From an uncultured Chloroflexia bacterium (GTDB lineage: Bacteria; Chloroflexota; Dehalococcoidia; Tepidiformales; Tepidiformaceae): a stretch of 64,000 bases of DNA. Positions 40,266 through 50,496 of the stretch are shown one piece after another. Position 1 is the first letter of the stretch. Each line of letters opens with the position of its first letter. The position numbers and the translations under genes were made by a program. Location: assembly GCA_963737965.1 (NCBI GenBank), contig CAVTUS010000008.1, positions 420,208-484,207 of the forward strand. The letters are read 5' to 3'. Under the pieces are notes generated by a model that saw nothing but the letters and a program-made list of their open reading frames with translations, was not told the origin of the DNA and did no database searches.

Positions 40266-40678
40266 TCAGACGCGTGGCTTCTGCACAAAGAACTCAAGGC
40301 CAATGCCATCGGGATCGTCGAACGTGATGGCGTTCGCGTAGCCATAGTCGCGGACGGGGCTGTGCTCGATACCCAGTTCGTCCAGCCGCCCGGCCCACGC
40401 CTGGAGTGCGTCGGTGTCGGCCACCGCGAAGGAGAGGTGGTCGAGACCCGTCCGCTTCGGCGTCGAACGCGCGTAGTCGCCATGTTTGTGCCGGTGAAAG
40501 CGAGGACAAGGCGGCCGTCACCCGCGGGCACTACGATTGCGCATGCCTCCAGGTCCTGCGCCTCGTCGTCCACCCGGAACGTCTCTTTCGCGCTGAACAA
40601 TTCGCAGTACCAGCGCGAGCTGACGTCGATGTCGGTGACGCTCAGTTCCACGTGGGCGATCCCTTGCAGTTCGGGCAT
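40266..40678 (-). pseudogene. VOC/glyoxalase-family protein, one frameshift near 40493
   Basis: MPELQGIAHVELSVTDIDVSSRWY...LVLAFTG | KHGDYARSTPKRTGLDHLSFAVADTDALQAWAGRLDELGIEHSPV...FDDPDGIGLEFF. Confidence 0.75.
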
Positions 40679-40799
40679 AGGCTGACTATCGCCTCCAGCG
40701 TGGCCGGCTGTCGAGGCCCTTGTGTGACAACCCTTCCACCAGTCTCAACCGGCGACGGCCGGCGTAGGATGCCGCCCACACCGGCAGGAGGTCGCCAAC

Positions 40800-41966
40800 A
40801 TGGGCTGGTCTGTCACCCAGAAATTCGGACTCACGTTCCATCGCCCACAGCTTTCCGAAAAGGGCTACACCCTTGTGACGCCGATGGGCAGCTCCAGCTG
40901 CTACCTCCTCGATATGGATGGCCGCTTCGTCCACCACTGGGACCTCGACGACATCCGGCCGATCTGCGCCCGCCTCCTTGAGAACGGCAAGCTGCTCGTC
41001 GTCGCCCTCGAACGCAAGTATCTCCCGCCGATACCGGTCGACCAGTTCAAGCCGCAGCCACCGTTCGAACAGCACATCCGCCGGCTCGGCGCCAACTGTT
41101 CCGTCATCCGCGAAGTCGACTGGGACGGCACCGTGACCTGGGAACACAAGGAGACCGCTGTCCACCACGATGTCGTGCGGCTGCCGAACGGCAACACCGT
41201 CTTCCCTGTCTGGGTCGAGATGCCGCCGGAGGTGGACAAGGCCGTTCGCGGTGGCTACGTGCGACCGAAGGAGAAGCTGCCACCCCTCCTCGGTGATGAC
41301 ATTGTCGAGATCGATGCGAAGGGCAAGGAAGTATGGCGGGCGAAAACGTGGCAACTCTTCGATCCCCGCAAGGATCCCATCTGCCCCATCGACCGGCGCT
41401 GGGAGTGGACGCACATCAACGCCCTGGACGTCAACGGTGACGGCGACGTCCTCTTCTCCTGCCGTCAGAACAGTCGCGTCGCCGTGGTCAACCGGAAATC
41501 GGGCGAGATGACCTGGAAATACGGCTTCCCCGACACGGCCCACCAGCACCACGCAACCTGGCTGCCGAATGGCAACGTCCAGATCTTTGACAACGGCATG
41601 CACGGTCTTGGCCTTGCCGCCTCCCGCGTCATCGAGGTCGACCCCAAGACCAACGAGATCGTTTGGCAATACGAAGGCTCACCCCAGCAACAGTTCTTCT
41701 CCGGCCACATTTCCGGGGCCACCCGGCTCGCCGGGGGCAACACGCTCGTCTGCGAAGGCACCTCGGGCCGCCTCTTCGAAGTCACCCGCCGGGGCGAAAT
41801 CGCCTGGGAGTGGTGGAACCCGGTCTACAGCACCCGGCCCGACGGCCAGACGAGCGGCTGGCTCTTTCGCGCCTACCGCTACGCCGCCGGCTACCCGGGC
41901 CTCGCCGGCCGTGAACTGGACCCGGCGAGGTGCGCCGCGCTCAACAGCCTCTATGGTCTCGGCTAA
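40800..41966 (+). CDS. arylsulfotransferase (ASST)-like beta-propeller protein
   Basis: 388 aa. GYTLVTPMGSSSCYLLDMDGRFVHHW...NGNTVF...LPNGNVQIFDNG repeats. TAGGAT and GGAGG upstream. Confidence 0.6.
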   Translation: MGWSVTQKFGLTFHRPQLSEKGYTLVTPMGSSSCYLLDMDGRFVHHWDLDDIRPICARLLENGKLLVVALERKYLPPIPVDQFKPQPPFEQHIRRLGANCSVIREVDWDGTVTWEHKETAVHHDVVRLPNGNTVFPVWVEMPPEVDKAVRGGYVRPKEKLPPLLGDDIVEIDAKGKEVWRAKTWQLFDPRKDPICPIDRRWEWTHINALDVNGDGDVLFSCRQNSRVAVVNRKSGEMTWKYGFPDTAHQHHATWLPNGNVQIFDNGMHGLGLAASRVIEVDPKTNEIVWQYEGSPQQQFFSGHISGATRLAGGNTLVCEGTSGRLFEVTRRGEIAWEWWNPVYSTRPDGQTSGWLFRAYRYAAGYPGLAGRELDPARCAALNSLYGLG

Positions 41967-42820
41967 CCCGCCGCTTCCTTGAACTTCCGGATCGCCTCGA
42001 TGTGGTCGCGGGGCCCGGCCAGCCCTGCATTCATCGTGATGACGCCAACGTGGCTGGCATCGAGGTCGCGCCATCGCTGCAACTGCGACGCCCATTTCTC
42101 GGGGCCCGCCTGGTAGCCGATCGATCCCTGGATGCCGAACGAACCCGGGTCCCGCCCGGCCTCCTTCACCCAGCCGCGGACGCTCGCGATCGCTGCCGTG
42201 CCGGCGTCGTCGGGCTGGCGGTTCATCATCCAGCCGTCGCCCAACCGGGCCATGCGCCGCAGTGCTCGCTCATCGCTGCCACCGAACCAGACGGGGATCC
42301 GCCGCGCCGGCCGGGGCTTGATCCCCGCTTTGTCGATTCGGTGCCAGCGGCCCGTGTAGTCGACGACATCGTTCTCCCAGAGCAGGCGCATCACCTCCAC
42401 CTGCTCCGCCTGGCGGGCACCGCGGTTGTGAAAGTCCTCGTTCAGCGCCTCGTACTCCACCGCGTTCCAACCGGTGCCGATGCCCAGCCGGATGCGTCCG
42501 CCCGAGAGGATGTCCAGTTCGGCGACCTGCTTGGCGACCAGCGCCGTTTGTCGCTGCGGCAGGATGATCACGCCCGTCGTCAACTCGATCCGGCTCGTCA
42601 GCGCCGCAAGCCAGCCGAAGAGGATAAACGGCTCATGGAACGACGTCGCCACGTTGTAGGGACCGTTCCAACCGCCCGGCCGGTCCGGGTCTGCGCCCAG
42701 CACGTGGTCATAGGCAAGCAGGTAGTCGTAGCCCAGGTCCTCCGCGGCCTGGGCAAAATCGCGCACAACCGAAGGGTCGTGGCCAATCTCCGTCTGGGGA
42801 AAGACGACGCCAAGTTTCAT
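41963..42820 (-). CDS. LLM-class F420-dependent oxidoreductase
   Basis: MKLGVVFPQTEIGHDPSVVRDFAQAAEDLGYDYLLAYDHVLG, the luciferase-like monooxygenase pattern. Confidence 0.8.
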   Translation of the reverse strand: MKLGVVFPQTEIGHDPSVVRDFAQAAEDLGYDYLLAYDHVLGADPDRPGGWNGPYNVATSFHEPFILFGWLAALTSRIELTTGVIILPQRQTALVAKQVAELDILSGGRIRLGIGTGWNAVEYEALNEDFHNRGARQAEQVEVMRLLWENDVVDYTGRWHRIDKAGIKPRPARRIPVWFGGSDERALRRMARLGDGWMMNRQPDDAGTAAIASVRGWVKEAGRDPGSFGIQGSIGYQAGPEKWASQLQRWRDLDASHVGVITMNAGLAGPRDHIEAIRKFKEAAG

Positions 42821-42919
42821 TGGGGTACTCCTCGGGCTAGCGGGCCAGTGTGTGGACTCGATACTACGCCGGCGGAATCTGCGAAGTCGGCAGCGTCCGC
42901 GGGGAGGAGTGTGCCGCTC

Positions 42920-44566
42920 CTAGCCGCCCGAGGCGATGACCGCGGCGGCAACGGCTGCAGCGTCCGGCGCCGGCTTCTCGAGCCGGCCGATGCTCGCAAG
43001 CACGAGGTCACGGAAGAGTGGATGCGGCCGGTTCGGCCGGCTTTGCAGTTCCGGGTGGAACTGGGTACCGAGCATGAACGGGTGGCCCACGATCTCCGAG
43101 ATCTCGACGAGCGCCCCGTCCGGCGATGTGCCGCTCGCGACGAGGCCGGCTGCTGCCAGCGGCTCGCGGAACTTGTTGTTGAACTCCCAGCGGTGGCGGT
43201 GCCGTTCATTGACGACCGGCTCCCCGTAAGAGCGGTACGCCTGGCTCCCTTCCACGAGCGAGCAGGGGTAGCCGCCGAGGCGCATCGTGCCGCCTTTGTT
43301 CGTCACCCCTTCCTGCTCTTCCAGCAGGCTGATCACCGGGTACAGAGACTCGGCGTCGAACTCCGTGGAGTTGGCGCCTTCGAAGCCGCACACGTTGCGG
43401 GCGAACTCCGTCACCATCGCCTGCATGCCAAAGCAGAGGCCGAGGTAAGGGACCCGGTTCTCGCGAGCCCAGCGCGCCGCCTGGATCTTGCCCTCCCAGC
43501 CACGCTCACCAAAGCCACCGGGCACGACGACACCCTGGATCCCGGCGAGCAGCGCTTCGGCGCCACGGTTCTCCACGTCTTCGGCGTGCACCCAGCGAAT
43601 ATCGACTTCGACGCCGGCGGCGATGCCGGCGTGGACCAGGCTCTCTTTCACGCTCAGGTAGGCGTCTTGCAGCTCCACATACTTGCCCACGATGGCGATC
43701 TCCGTGGTGCCCGATGGATGCTTCAGCCGGTCGACCATCTCGCGCCACTCGTTGAGGTCACGTTCGCCCTCCAGCCCGAGCCGCTGCATCACGAAGTCGC
43801 CGAGTCCGTGCTCCTCCAGCACCAGCGGCACCTCGTAGATCGTCGAGGCCGTTTGCATCGGGATAACCGCTTTCGGTTGGACATCGCAGAAGAGGGCGAT
43901 CTTGTCCGTGATCTCGTGCGGCACCGGGTGGTCGCTGCGGGCGAGGATGACGTCGGGCTGGATGCCCATCGAGCGCAGCTCCCGCACTGAGTGCTGGGTT
44001 GGTTTCGTCTTTAGCTCATGCGTCGCCCCCACGTAGGGGAGGAAGGTGACGTGGACGTTGAGCGTGTTCTCGCGGGGCTGCTCGTGCCGGATCTGCCGGA
44101 TCGTTTCGAGGAACGACTGACCCTCGATGTCGCCGACGGTGCCGCCCACTTCGCAGATGATCACGTCCGAACCTTCGACCGCCCCATAGATCCGGGACTT
44201 CATCTCGTTGGTCAGGTGAGGCACCGCCTGGATCGTCCCGCCGAGGTAATCGCCGCGGCGTTCGCGCTCCAGCACCGCCTGGTGGATCTGGCCGCTGGTG
44301 ACGCTCGAAACCTGGTGCAAATCCTGGTCGATAAAGCGCTCGTAATGGCCGAGGTCGAGGTCGGTTTCGGCGCCGTCGCGGGTCACGAAAACCTCGCCGT
44401 GCTGGTACGGCGACATCGTTCCGGGGTCAACGTTGAGGTATGGATCGAGCTTCTGGATGGTGACGGCTACGCCGCGAGACTTGAGGATTCTGCCGAGGCT
44501 GGCGGTCGTGATGCCTTTGCCCACCGAGGAGACGACGCCGCCAGTAACAAAGATGAACTTCGGCAT
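42920..44566 (-). CDS. pyrG: CTP synthase
   Basis: 548 aa. MPKFIFVTGGVVSSVGKG, and glutamine amidotransferase motifs GLCFGMQ and HRHRWEFN. Confidence 0.97.
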   Translation of the reverse strand: MPKFIFVTGGVVSSVGKGITTASLGRILKSRGVAVTIQKLDPYLNVDPGTMSPYQHGEVFVTRDGAETDLDLGHYERFIDQDLHQVSSVTSGQIHQAVLERERRGDYLGGTIQAVPHLTNEMKSRIYGAVEGSDVIICEVGGTVGDIEGQSFLETIRQIRHEQPRENTLNVHVTFLPYVGATHELKTKPTQHSVRELRSMGIQPDVILARSDHPVPHEITDKIALFCDVQPKAVIPMQTASTIYEVPLVLEEHGLGDFVMQRLGLEGERDLNEWREMVDRLKHPSGTTEIAIVGKYVELQDAYLSVKESLVHAGIAAGVEVDIRWVHAEDVENRGAEALLAGIQGVVVPGGFGERGWEGKIQAARWARENRVPYLGLCFGMQAMVTEFARNVCGFEGANSTEFDAESLYPVISLLEEQEGVTNKGGTMRLGGYPCSLVEGSQAYRSYGEPVVNERHRHRWEFNNKFREPLAAAGLVASGTSPDGALVEISEIVGHPFMLGTQFHPELQSRPNRPHPLFRDLVLASIGRLEKPAPDAAAVAAAVIASGG

Positions 44567-44595
44567 GACCCCCCACGCTGATCCGTGCTCGGCTC

Positions 44596-44624
44596 ATGCT
44601 AGGCGCGGGGTAGGGGGGTGTCAA
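44596..44624 (-). promoter_or_regulatory. sigma-70-type promoter candidate for pyrG (TTGACA-17 nt-TAGCAT)
   Basis: Reverse strand: TTGACA (44624-44619), a 17-nt spacer, then TAGCAT (44601-44596), ~30 nt upstream of the ATG. Confidence 0.55.
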
Positions 44625-44895
44625 CGAACATATGTTTCTGGAGGGTCGCGGGTTGGGTCCGCGGGTCGGGGGTCTACGGGTCTGCGGCGCGCCCTCATTC
44701 CGAAAGACTGGAAAGCAACCTGGTGAGCATCCGTCGCACCTGTTCCACCTGCCCCAACACTGCACCCGCCGTTTCTTCCGGGACAAACCCGAGACGACGA
44801 ACGATCACCAGCCGCGCTGCTGCTCCATGCGCAATAGTATGCCCAACCCGCGGACCCTCGACCCCCGACCCTCTGACCCTGGGGGCCGCAGCCCC

Positions 44896-45873
44896 CTAAA
44901 ACGCCTGGGGCAGCGGTGTCGGGGTCGGCGTCGGCGGCTTCGGCGTCGGTGTTGGCGTTGGCGTCACCGTCGGGGTAATGGTCGGCGTCGGGGTCGACGT
45001 CGGCGGGCCGGACGGTGTGGGAGTCTTCACAGGGGTCGCCGTCGGGTCTGTGCCACCACCGCCACCGCCACCGCCCCCGCCACCGCTCGTAGGCGGAGGA
45101 GTGGGCGTGTCGTCCGGCTGGTCGGTCGGTTCCGGCGTCGCCGAAGGTGTCGGCGTCGGCGTGAGGATGACCCCGCCCGGGCGCACATGGAATTGCAGCT
45201 GCTGCTCCGGGTCCACCGGTTTGAAGTCCCAGCGCAGCTCGAAGTGGAGGAAGTTGCCCACGGCGCCAAGGATTGTCTGGCCCTTCACCACCGGGTCGTT
45301 CACCTTCACGTCGACGATCTCCATGAACCCGTAGACCGCTGTCCACTTGTCGGGGCACTTGAGCACGATGAACTGGCCGTGCGTCTCGCTGTAGTCGATC
45401 CCGGCGACGTACCCATCGCAGACCGCGTACACGTCGACTCCCGGCGTGCTATCGACGCGGAAGTCGATGCCACCGTGCACCAGGCTGTCGCCACGGTCCT
45501 CGCCAAACTTGTCGCCGATTGCATCCCATGCCACGAGAGGCGTCACCCACGGACCGATCGGTATGGTCTCATCTTCGTCCTGGGGGACATATTCTTCGTT
45601 GCTGCCCGTTGGCCGCCGGCCAAGGGTGTCGAGGTTGACCGCGCCCTCAGGGCCCGACGGATACGGCGTCGGCGTGAAGTTCGGGTTGTACGGGGTCGGC
45701 GAACGATGGGCGCCCGTCACCTGCGTCGCTGTCGGGCCGCCGTAGACAGCCACCTCCGTTGCCGTCTCCCGGGTGTTCTCCGGCGCGAACGGGTTCCCTC
45801 CGCCACCGCCACCGCAGGCAACGGCCAGCAGCGCGAGCGCCGGCGCCGCCAACAGAGCTCCAACAATTCGCAT
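44896..45873 (-). CDS. M23-family peptidase lipoprotein with a Gly-run and Pro/Thr-repeat C-terminus
   Basis: ATG at 45873. LLAVAC lipobox. HGGIDF...DGYV...HFE LytM-type motifs. Tail [13 protein letters not shown] and (TP)n. Confidence 0.8.
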   Translation of the reverse strand: MRIVGALLAAPALALLAVACGGGGGGNPFAPENTRETATEVAVYGGPTATQVTGAHRSPTPYNPNFTPTPYPSGPEGAVNLDTLGRRPTGSNEEYVPQDEDETIPIGPWVTPLVAWDAIGDKFGEDRGDSLVHGGIDFRVDSTPGVDVYAVCDGYVAGIDYSETHGQFIVLKCPDKWTAVYGFMEIVDVKVNDPVVKGQTILGAVGNFLHFELRWDFKPVDPEQQLQFHVRPGGVILTPTPTPSATPEPTDQPDDTPTPPPTSGGGGGGGGGGGTDPTATPVKTPTPSGPPTSTPTPTITPTVTPTPTPTPKPPTPTPTPLPQAF

Positions 45874-45978
45874 CACACTGACAGAATCGGCACCGTCCCC
45901 GCCGGGCGACAGGGAGGAAATCCCCCTGGAGCGAACCTTTACCACGGCCCCGGCGCCAGCGTTGCGTACACTCCCACT

Positions 45979-46577
45979 GTGACCGCCGATCGCAATCAGC
46001 GTTTCCAGGACTGGCTGCAGGAGCGTGGTGTCGAAGGGCCTCGCCGCATTGTCCGCGAAACTCCGTCTGGCATCCTCCTTTCCAAGTTCGGCGAAGGATT
46101 CGCCGCCGCCCTCTTCGATTCCGTCGACCGCCTCGAGGCCCTCTTCGACGATGACCACGTTGCGAGTGAGACGGCTGTCGCTGCTGCCGCCGGCCCGTCA
46201 CTCTCGCGTGTTGCCGCCTGGCACACTGCGGCCTCACCATCCTTCGCCGGGCCGTAGCCGCCGGCATCGTGACGGCCACTGAACGGGCAGAGGTCGAAGC
46301 CGGGGTCGATTCCGTTGCCGCGCTTCTCGATACCGCCCTCTGGTCAGGCCCGACCTTTGCGATCGACGACTGGACGCCCTCCGATGGCGAAACCGCGGCA
46401 TTTCGTGATGCCCTTGCCCGAATGAACGATGCCGACGGTCTCTTCGCTCGCTACTACGGCGAGTTCGAGGGCCTGCCGGTCGAAAATCATTGCCCAGGAG
46501 TGCGCGTCGCCAGGAGACTGCTGGAGCAATGCTGGATGGTCTGCACCGGTCTTCCCGTTCCACCGCCGGCCGGCTAA
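45979..46577 (+). pseudogene. hypothetical protein, probably split by one frameshift (46170-46260)
   Basis: GTG at 45979 reads [40 protein letters not shown].... A second frame continues ILRRAVAAGIVTATERAEVEAGVDSVAALLDTALWSGPTF.... No family recognised. Confidence 0.35.
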
Positions 46578-46596
46578 CGAACCAGGGGCGGTTGGC

Positions 46597-48810
46597 TCAG
46601 TCCATGACCACGCTGCCAGGCTCGTCCATGTAGATCCAGTAGACGCCGAGGTGCAGCACGCCCCCGAGCGTGTTGAACGCTCGGGGCTTCGAAGGCGAAT
46701 AGGTCAGCCACTCTCCGTCGACGTTGTCGTACTGCAAGACGACGGTGTACTTGCCCTTGATGTTCGAGAGCGCGGCTGCCATGGCGCTGCTTTCGCCCGT
46801 GTAGACAAAGTTGTTCCAGCCCTTCTCGAAGGTCACGATTCGCCCGGATGGAGGGTTGGGGTTCACCGTCGCGGCATTCGTCGTCGTCTGCGCATCCACC
46901 CAGTACGCCTCGTAGCGCTGGGCCGAATTCCAGGTGCTCGCGACGTCCGGTGCCAGCGGGTCCTTGATCACCCGGCGATAGGCGCCGTAGACGCCTGGGG
47001 CTACCGCCAGGAGCGGGTCCCACGCATACGCTGCTGTCCAGTTGCCCGGCAGGTAGTCAAACGCTCCCGGAAGCGGCGCGGTGTCCGCCAGGTGGGCGAC
47101 GTTGTTCCAGCCCGCGGTGAGCGGCTGCACCACGATCGGCCCGGGGTCCGGCGTCACCGTGCTCAAATCCGTCTGCGTGTGCGAGAGGGGCTCGTCCTGG
47201 CCACCCCACGTCAGTGTCGGTTGTGCCGGTTGCCCGTCGATATAGACCGTCATGACCTTGCCGGGCTGCCCGCAGCCGACGCTCACCGCATCGGTGTTCA
47301 CGATCAACTGGTAGATGGAGATCTGGCTCCCCCCGAACGATTCCGAGACCGTCGACCCGCAGACCTTTCCGCTGATCTTCGCCTCCATCACAGCGCCGGC
47401 GGGGATATCGAGCCAGTTGTGCTGGGCACTTCCCGCCAACAGCATCGGTATCCGTTTCATCGCTTCACCGATGTCGATGATCCCGGCCCCGGCCCAGTTG
47501 CCCCCGTGACTGGCGGGCGGCGCCGGCTGGGCCGTTGCAACCGCTGCGTCGAGATAGACGTCGTAGGGGAGGTCCGGGTTGCGGGCCATCAATAAGGCGA
47601 ACATGCCGGTCACGAGGGGCGTGCTGAAACTCGTGCCGCTCTCCACCAGCCCGTAGTTCTGCTGCAGGATCCCCTGCCGGATCGTGCTCGTGATGTTCGT
47701 GCCGGGCGCGGCAAAGTCAACGCCGGGGCCGTAGCTGCTGAACGGAGCCCAGGAGTTTCCCGTGCTCCAGACGCTGGCGCCCACACCAATCACGTTTTCG
47801 TACTGCGTGTAGGCCGCCGGGTAACCCGGGCGGTGGTCCGCGTCTGATCCATGGTTGCCCGCCGCCGCCACCACCATCACGTCGTGGTCCTCGGCCGATT
47901 CGATGGCGGTGCGAAGCTCCGGCAGGTCCGAACTCGTATCGCCGGGAGTGCTGGCCAGGCTCAGGTTGATCACATTCGCGCCCATCCGCACGGCGTAGTC
48001 GATGCCCTCTGCCACGTCGAGCATGCTTCCGCTCGATGGCCCACCGCTTCCGCAGTCCAGCACCTTCACGATCATCAGGCGAACATTCCAGGCGACGCCG
48101 GTGATCCCAATCGAATTGTTGCCTGAGGCACCGATAATCCCCGACACGATGGTGCCGTGGCTGTGGCTGGCTCCCCCGGTGTCGTCACTCACGGCCCCGG
48201 TGGCATCCTGCGCTTCGGTATAGCCACAGAAGCCGGGCGACTGGTTGTTGACGGTGATGAACCGGCAGCCATGGATGTCGTCCACGCAGCCATTGCCGTC
48301 GTCATCGATCCCGTTGTCGGGGGTCTCCGCCAGGTTCACCCAGTACTGGCCGATCAGGTCCGGGTGCGTCAGGTCAGAGCCGGAGTCGAGGATGGCGACG
48401 ACCACCTCGTCGTTGCCCGTCGCGAGGTCCCAGCCCTCCTCCGCCCCGATCGTTTGCAGGTAGGCGTTCTGGCGCCCCGAGCTTGTGGAGTAGATCGGGT
48501 CGTTGGGCACCGCTGCCGCGTACACACGCGGGTCCACCTGGGCCGATTCGACGAGAGGGCTACGCCGGAGAAGCTCCAGGTATTCGCCGGTGGTCATCCC
48601 TGCGGGCACCGGGAGTTGTTGGGTGGACCCCGCCCAGGGCGCCTGTGCCGGCTGCCCTTCCGCAAGTGCCTGCTCGTCCACGCTCACGGCCAGGCGCACG
48701 ATCACCATATCGCCCGGCGTATCGGGAGATGCGGCCAGGGAATCCTGGGCCATGATCAGCATCGCGAACACCACGACGCCGAGGGCGGGGTACGCCCGGC
48801 GGACGTGCAC
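46597..48810 (-). CDS. secreted S8 (subtilisin-like) serine peptidase with a ~300-aa C-terminal extension
   Basis: 737 aa. Signal peptide. Catalytic triad contexts VAILDSGSDLTHPDL, SHGTIVSGIIGA and SGTSFSTPLVTG. Confidence 0.9.
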   Translation of the reverse strand: MHVRRAYPALGVVVFAMLIMAQDSLAASPDTPGDMVIVRLAVSVDEQALAEGQPAQAPWAGSTQQLPVPAGMTTGEYLELLRRSPLVESAQVDPRVYAAAVPNDPIYSTSSGRQNAYLQTIGAEEGWDLATGNDEVVVAILDSGSDLTHPDLIGQYWVNLAETPDNGIDDDGNGCVDDIHGCRFITVNNQSPGFCGYTEAQDATGAVSDDTGGASHSHGTIVSGIIGASGNNSIGITGVAWNVRLMIVKVLDCGSGGPSSGSMLDVAEGIDYAVRMGANVINLSLASTPGDTSSDLPELRTAIESAEDHDVMVVAAAGNHGSDADHRPGYPAAYTQYENVIGVGASVWSTGNSWAPFSSYGPGVDFAAPGTNITSTIRQGILQQNYGLVESGTSFSTPLVTGMFALLMARNPDLPYDVYLDAAVATAQPAPPASHGGNWAGAGIIDIGEAMKRIPMLLAGSAQHNWLDIPAGAVMEAKISGKVCGSTVSESFGGSQISIYQLIVNTDAVSVGCGQPGKVMTVYIDGQPAQPTLTWGGQDEPLSHTQTDLSTVTPDPGPIVVQPLTAGWNNVAHLADTAPLPGAFDYLPGNWTAAYAWDPLLAVAPGVYGAYRRVIKDPLAPDVASTWNSAQRYEAYWVDAQTTTNAATVNPNPPSGRIVTFEKGWNNFVYTGESSAMAAALSNIKGKYTVVLQYDNVDGEWLTYSPSKPRAFNTLGGVLHLGVYWIYMDEPGSVVMD

Positions 48811-48835
48811 GAACGGCCAACCTCCTCAGCGCGGC

Positions 48836-49585
48836 TTAGCTGCCCGATCCCGTCTGGACTGGTGGCGGGATCGGCGTCGGTTCTATCGCGTCGCTGTTGC
48901 CGAGAATACGGTCGTCGACCATGACCGCGACCTCGCGGGCCGAGTCAATCGTCATGAAGGGCTCCGCTCCATACGTCTGGACCGTCGCCACGACATTCCC
49001 GCGCCGGAAGACGAAGCGATGGTAGACGGCGACAACGTCGCTGCTTCCCACCACCCCTTGCGGCAATTCGTATGCGACCCACTCATTGCCCAATCCTTTT
49101 GGCGAAAGCTCTTTTGCTCCAGCTGCGCTACTTGTCGTCATCTTGTACGCCTCGAAGGCGCTCTCTGCACCATCTTTGGTCTCGAACAGGTGCACCTGGA
49201 TCGTGATGTAGTAGCGCCCCTGCAGCACACCCGCCAACAGCCCCTGGGGGTTGTACTGCACATTGAAGCCTTCCTGGTAGCCCCATTCGGTCGCCTTCTG
49301 CTCCCCTTCCGTCGACGAGACAAATGGCCCCGTCAGGCTCCAAGTCGCCGCCGCCAGCCCGAAGGTCTCCGGCGGATAGACCTCGAACGCCCCGAGCGAG
49401 GTGAGCTGCTCCACGAACGGCGCGTACTTTGTCACGGGGGCATCCGCAGTCACTTCCGGGCCACCGTCGGTGCCCCCGGTGCTCGCCGGGCCGGACGGCG
49501 ATCCCCCGTCATCGTCGCCGCCGCCGCACGCGGCCAACAGGACGAGGGCAAACGAGAATCCCAGCAGGAGTCGCATCGCCTTCAC
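48836..49585 (-). CDS. lipoprotein, unknown function (paralogue A)
   Basis: Lipobox LLAAC plus GGGDDDG. Shares EWGYQEGF...FRRGNVVATVQTYGAEPF with the upstream paralogue. Confidence 0.75.
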   Translation of the reverse strand: MKAMRLLLGFSFALVLLAACGGGDDDGGSPSGPASTGGTDGGPEVTADAPVTKYAPFVEQLTSLGAFEVYPPETFGLAAATWSLTGPFVSSTEGEQKATEWGYQEGFNVQYNPQGLLAGVLQGRYYITIQVHLFETKDGAESAFEAYKMTTSSAAGAKELSPKGLGNEWVAYELPQGVVGSSDVVAVYHRFVFRRGNVVATVQTYGAEPFMTIDSAREVAVMVDDRILGNSDAIEPTPIPPPVQTGSGS

Positions 49586-49586
49586 G

Positions 49587-50339
49587 CTAGTTACCCGTTG
49601 CCGTTGCTACGGGTGTTGGCTCCACGAGGGCGACCTTGCCGAGCGCCTTCTCGTCCACGATATGGGCAAGCGTGTAAACGATGTTCACGTCAACGAACGG
49701 CTCGGCCCCCCACGTCAGCACGGCGGCCACGAGGTTCCCCCGCCGGAAGAGGTACTGGTGGAATTCGCCCGGGATGTCTGAGCCGTCCACGCCATTCTCC
49801 CTGTCGACATATCGCCAGGCGCCATATTCGTTGCCAAGGGCACTCGCCGTCACCGGTTCCGAGACAGACTTGCCAAGTGCTTCCTTAAAGTAGTTGAAGA
49901 GCGCCTCCGCACCCGCTTCGTCCTTCAGCAGGTGCGTCTCCACCTTGATCGAGTGGGCGCCATTGAGCACCGCCGTTGCGCGTCCCTCCGGCGTGTAGCT
50001 CGTTTCGTAGCCGCTTTCGTAACCCCACTCCTTCAGCATCGCCGCGCCGTCTACGCCATCGAAAGCCGGCGTGCCGCCGTAAAGTTCCGGCGTCAACACC
50101 CAGGTCTCTTCGATGTCGGTGATGTAGCCGGGCCCGAGGTCGTCCTGGGAGATCGAGTACAGGCTCGCCGGGCCCGTCAGCGACGGAGAGGCCGAGGCAT
50201 CGTTCGTGAACGGTGTTGGCGTGTTCGCTGCCGTCCCGGGGTTATCGGCGTTGTCGTCGTCGCCCCCGCCGAAGAAACAGGCGGACGTCCCGACCAGGGC
50301 GGCGGCTACCAGTGGGAGGAAAAGGATTCGGGATCGCAT
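49587..50339 (-). CDS. lipoprotein, unknown function (paralogue B)
   Basis: ATG at 50339. VGTSAC lipobox-like. EWGYESGY...FRRGNLVAAVLTWGAEPF. Separated from paralogue A by one nucleotide. Confidence 0.75.
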   Translation of the reverse strand: MRSRILFLPLVAAALVGTSACFFGGGDDDNADNPGTAANTPTPFTNDASASPSLTGPASLYSISQDDLGPGYITDIEETWVLTPELYGGTPAFDGVDGAAMLKEWGYESGYETSYTPEGRATAVLNGAHSIKVETHLLKDEAGAEALFNYFKEALGKSVSEPVTASALGNEYGAWRYVDRENGVDGSDIPGEFHQYLFRRGNLVAAVLTWGAEPFVDVNIVYTLAHIVDEKALGKVALVEPTPVATATGN

Positions 50340-50482
50340 GGGGGCTCCGGGCACTTCAGCCGTGCCAGTCTGCCTGAGTGTATGGATGGCCTTCGTTTGA
50401 CGGAAGGAGGCCGGTAACGTGCCGGTCAATGGCCCTTTCCGGGCCACGGACCTCTTGAAACAAGCTCGACATCCGCTTTACG

Positions 50483-50488
50483 TATAGT
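50483..50488 (+). promoter_or_regulatory. -10-like TATAGT, 8 nt before the ATG of the ATP-grasp gene (leaderless-type)
   Basis: cgTATAGTcgggccccATG. Confidence 0.45.
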
Positions 50489-50496
50489 CGGGCCCC

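Noticed and set aside
45050-45095. (GGN)n / poly-Gly-coding tract and PT repeats in the M23 peptidase as a contingency locus.
   Set aside because: The tract is an imperfect trinucleotide repeat, so slippage would stay in frame. There is no evidence of phase variation from a single sequence.
44632-46257. Very long ORFs antisense to, or out of frame with, clear genes. Examples: 44632-46257 (+), 1650-2822 (-), 17592-19064 (+), 19344-20891 (+), 30698-32362 (-), 41930-43990 (+), 58069-59445 (-), 32233-33543 (-), 34826-35917 (-).
   Set aside because: They lie opposite, or out of frame with, genes carrying strong family motifs (M23, lysA/bdhA, GMC, ACAD, pyrG and others). Their translations are Arg/Pro/Gly/Ala-rich low-complexity strings, typical of shadow ORFs in high-GC DNA.
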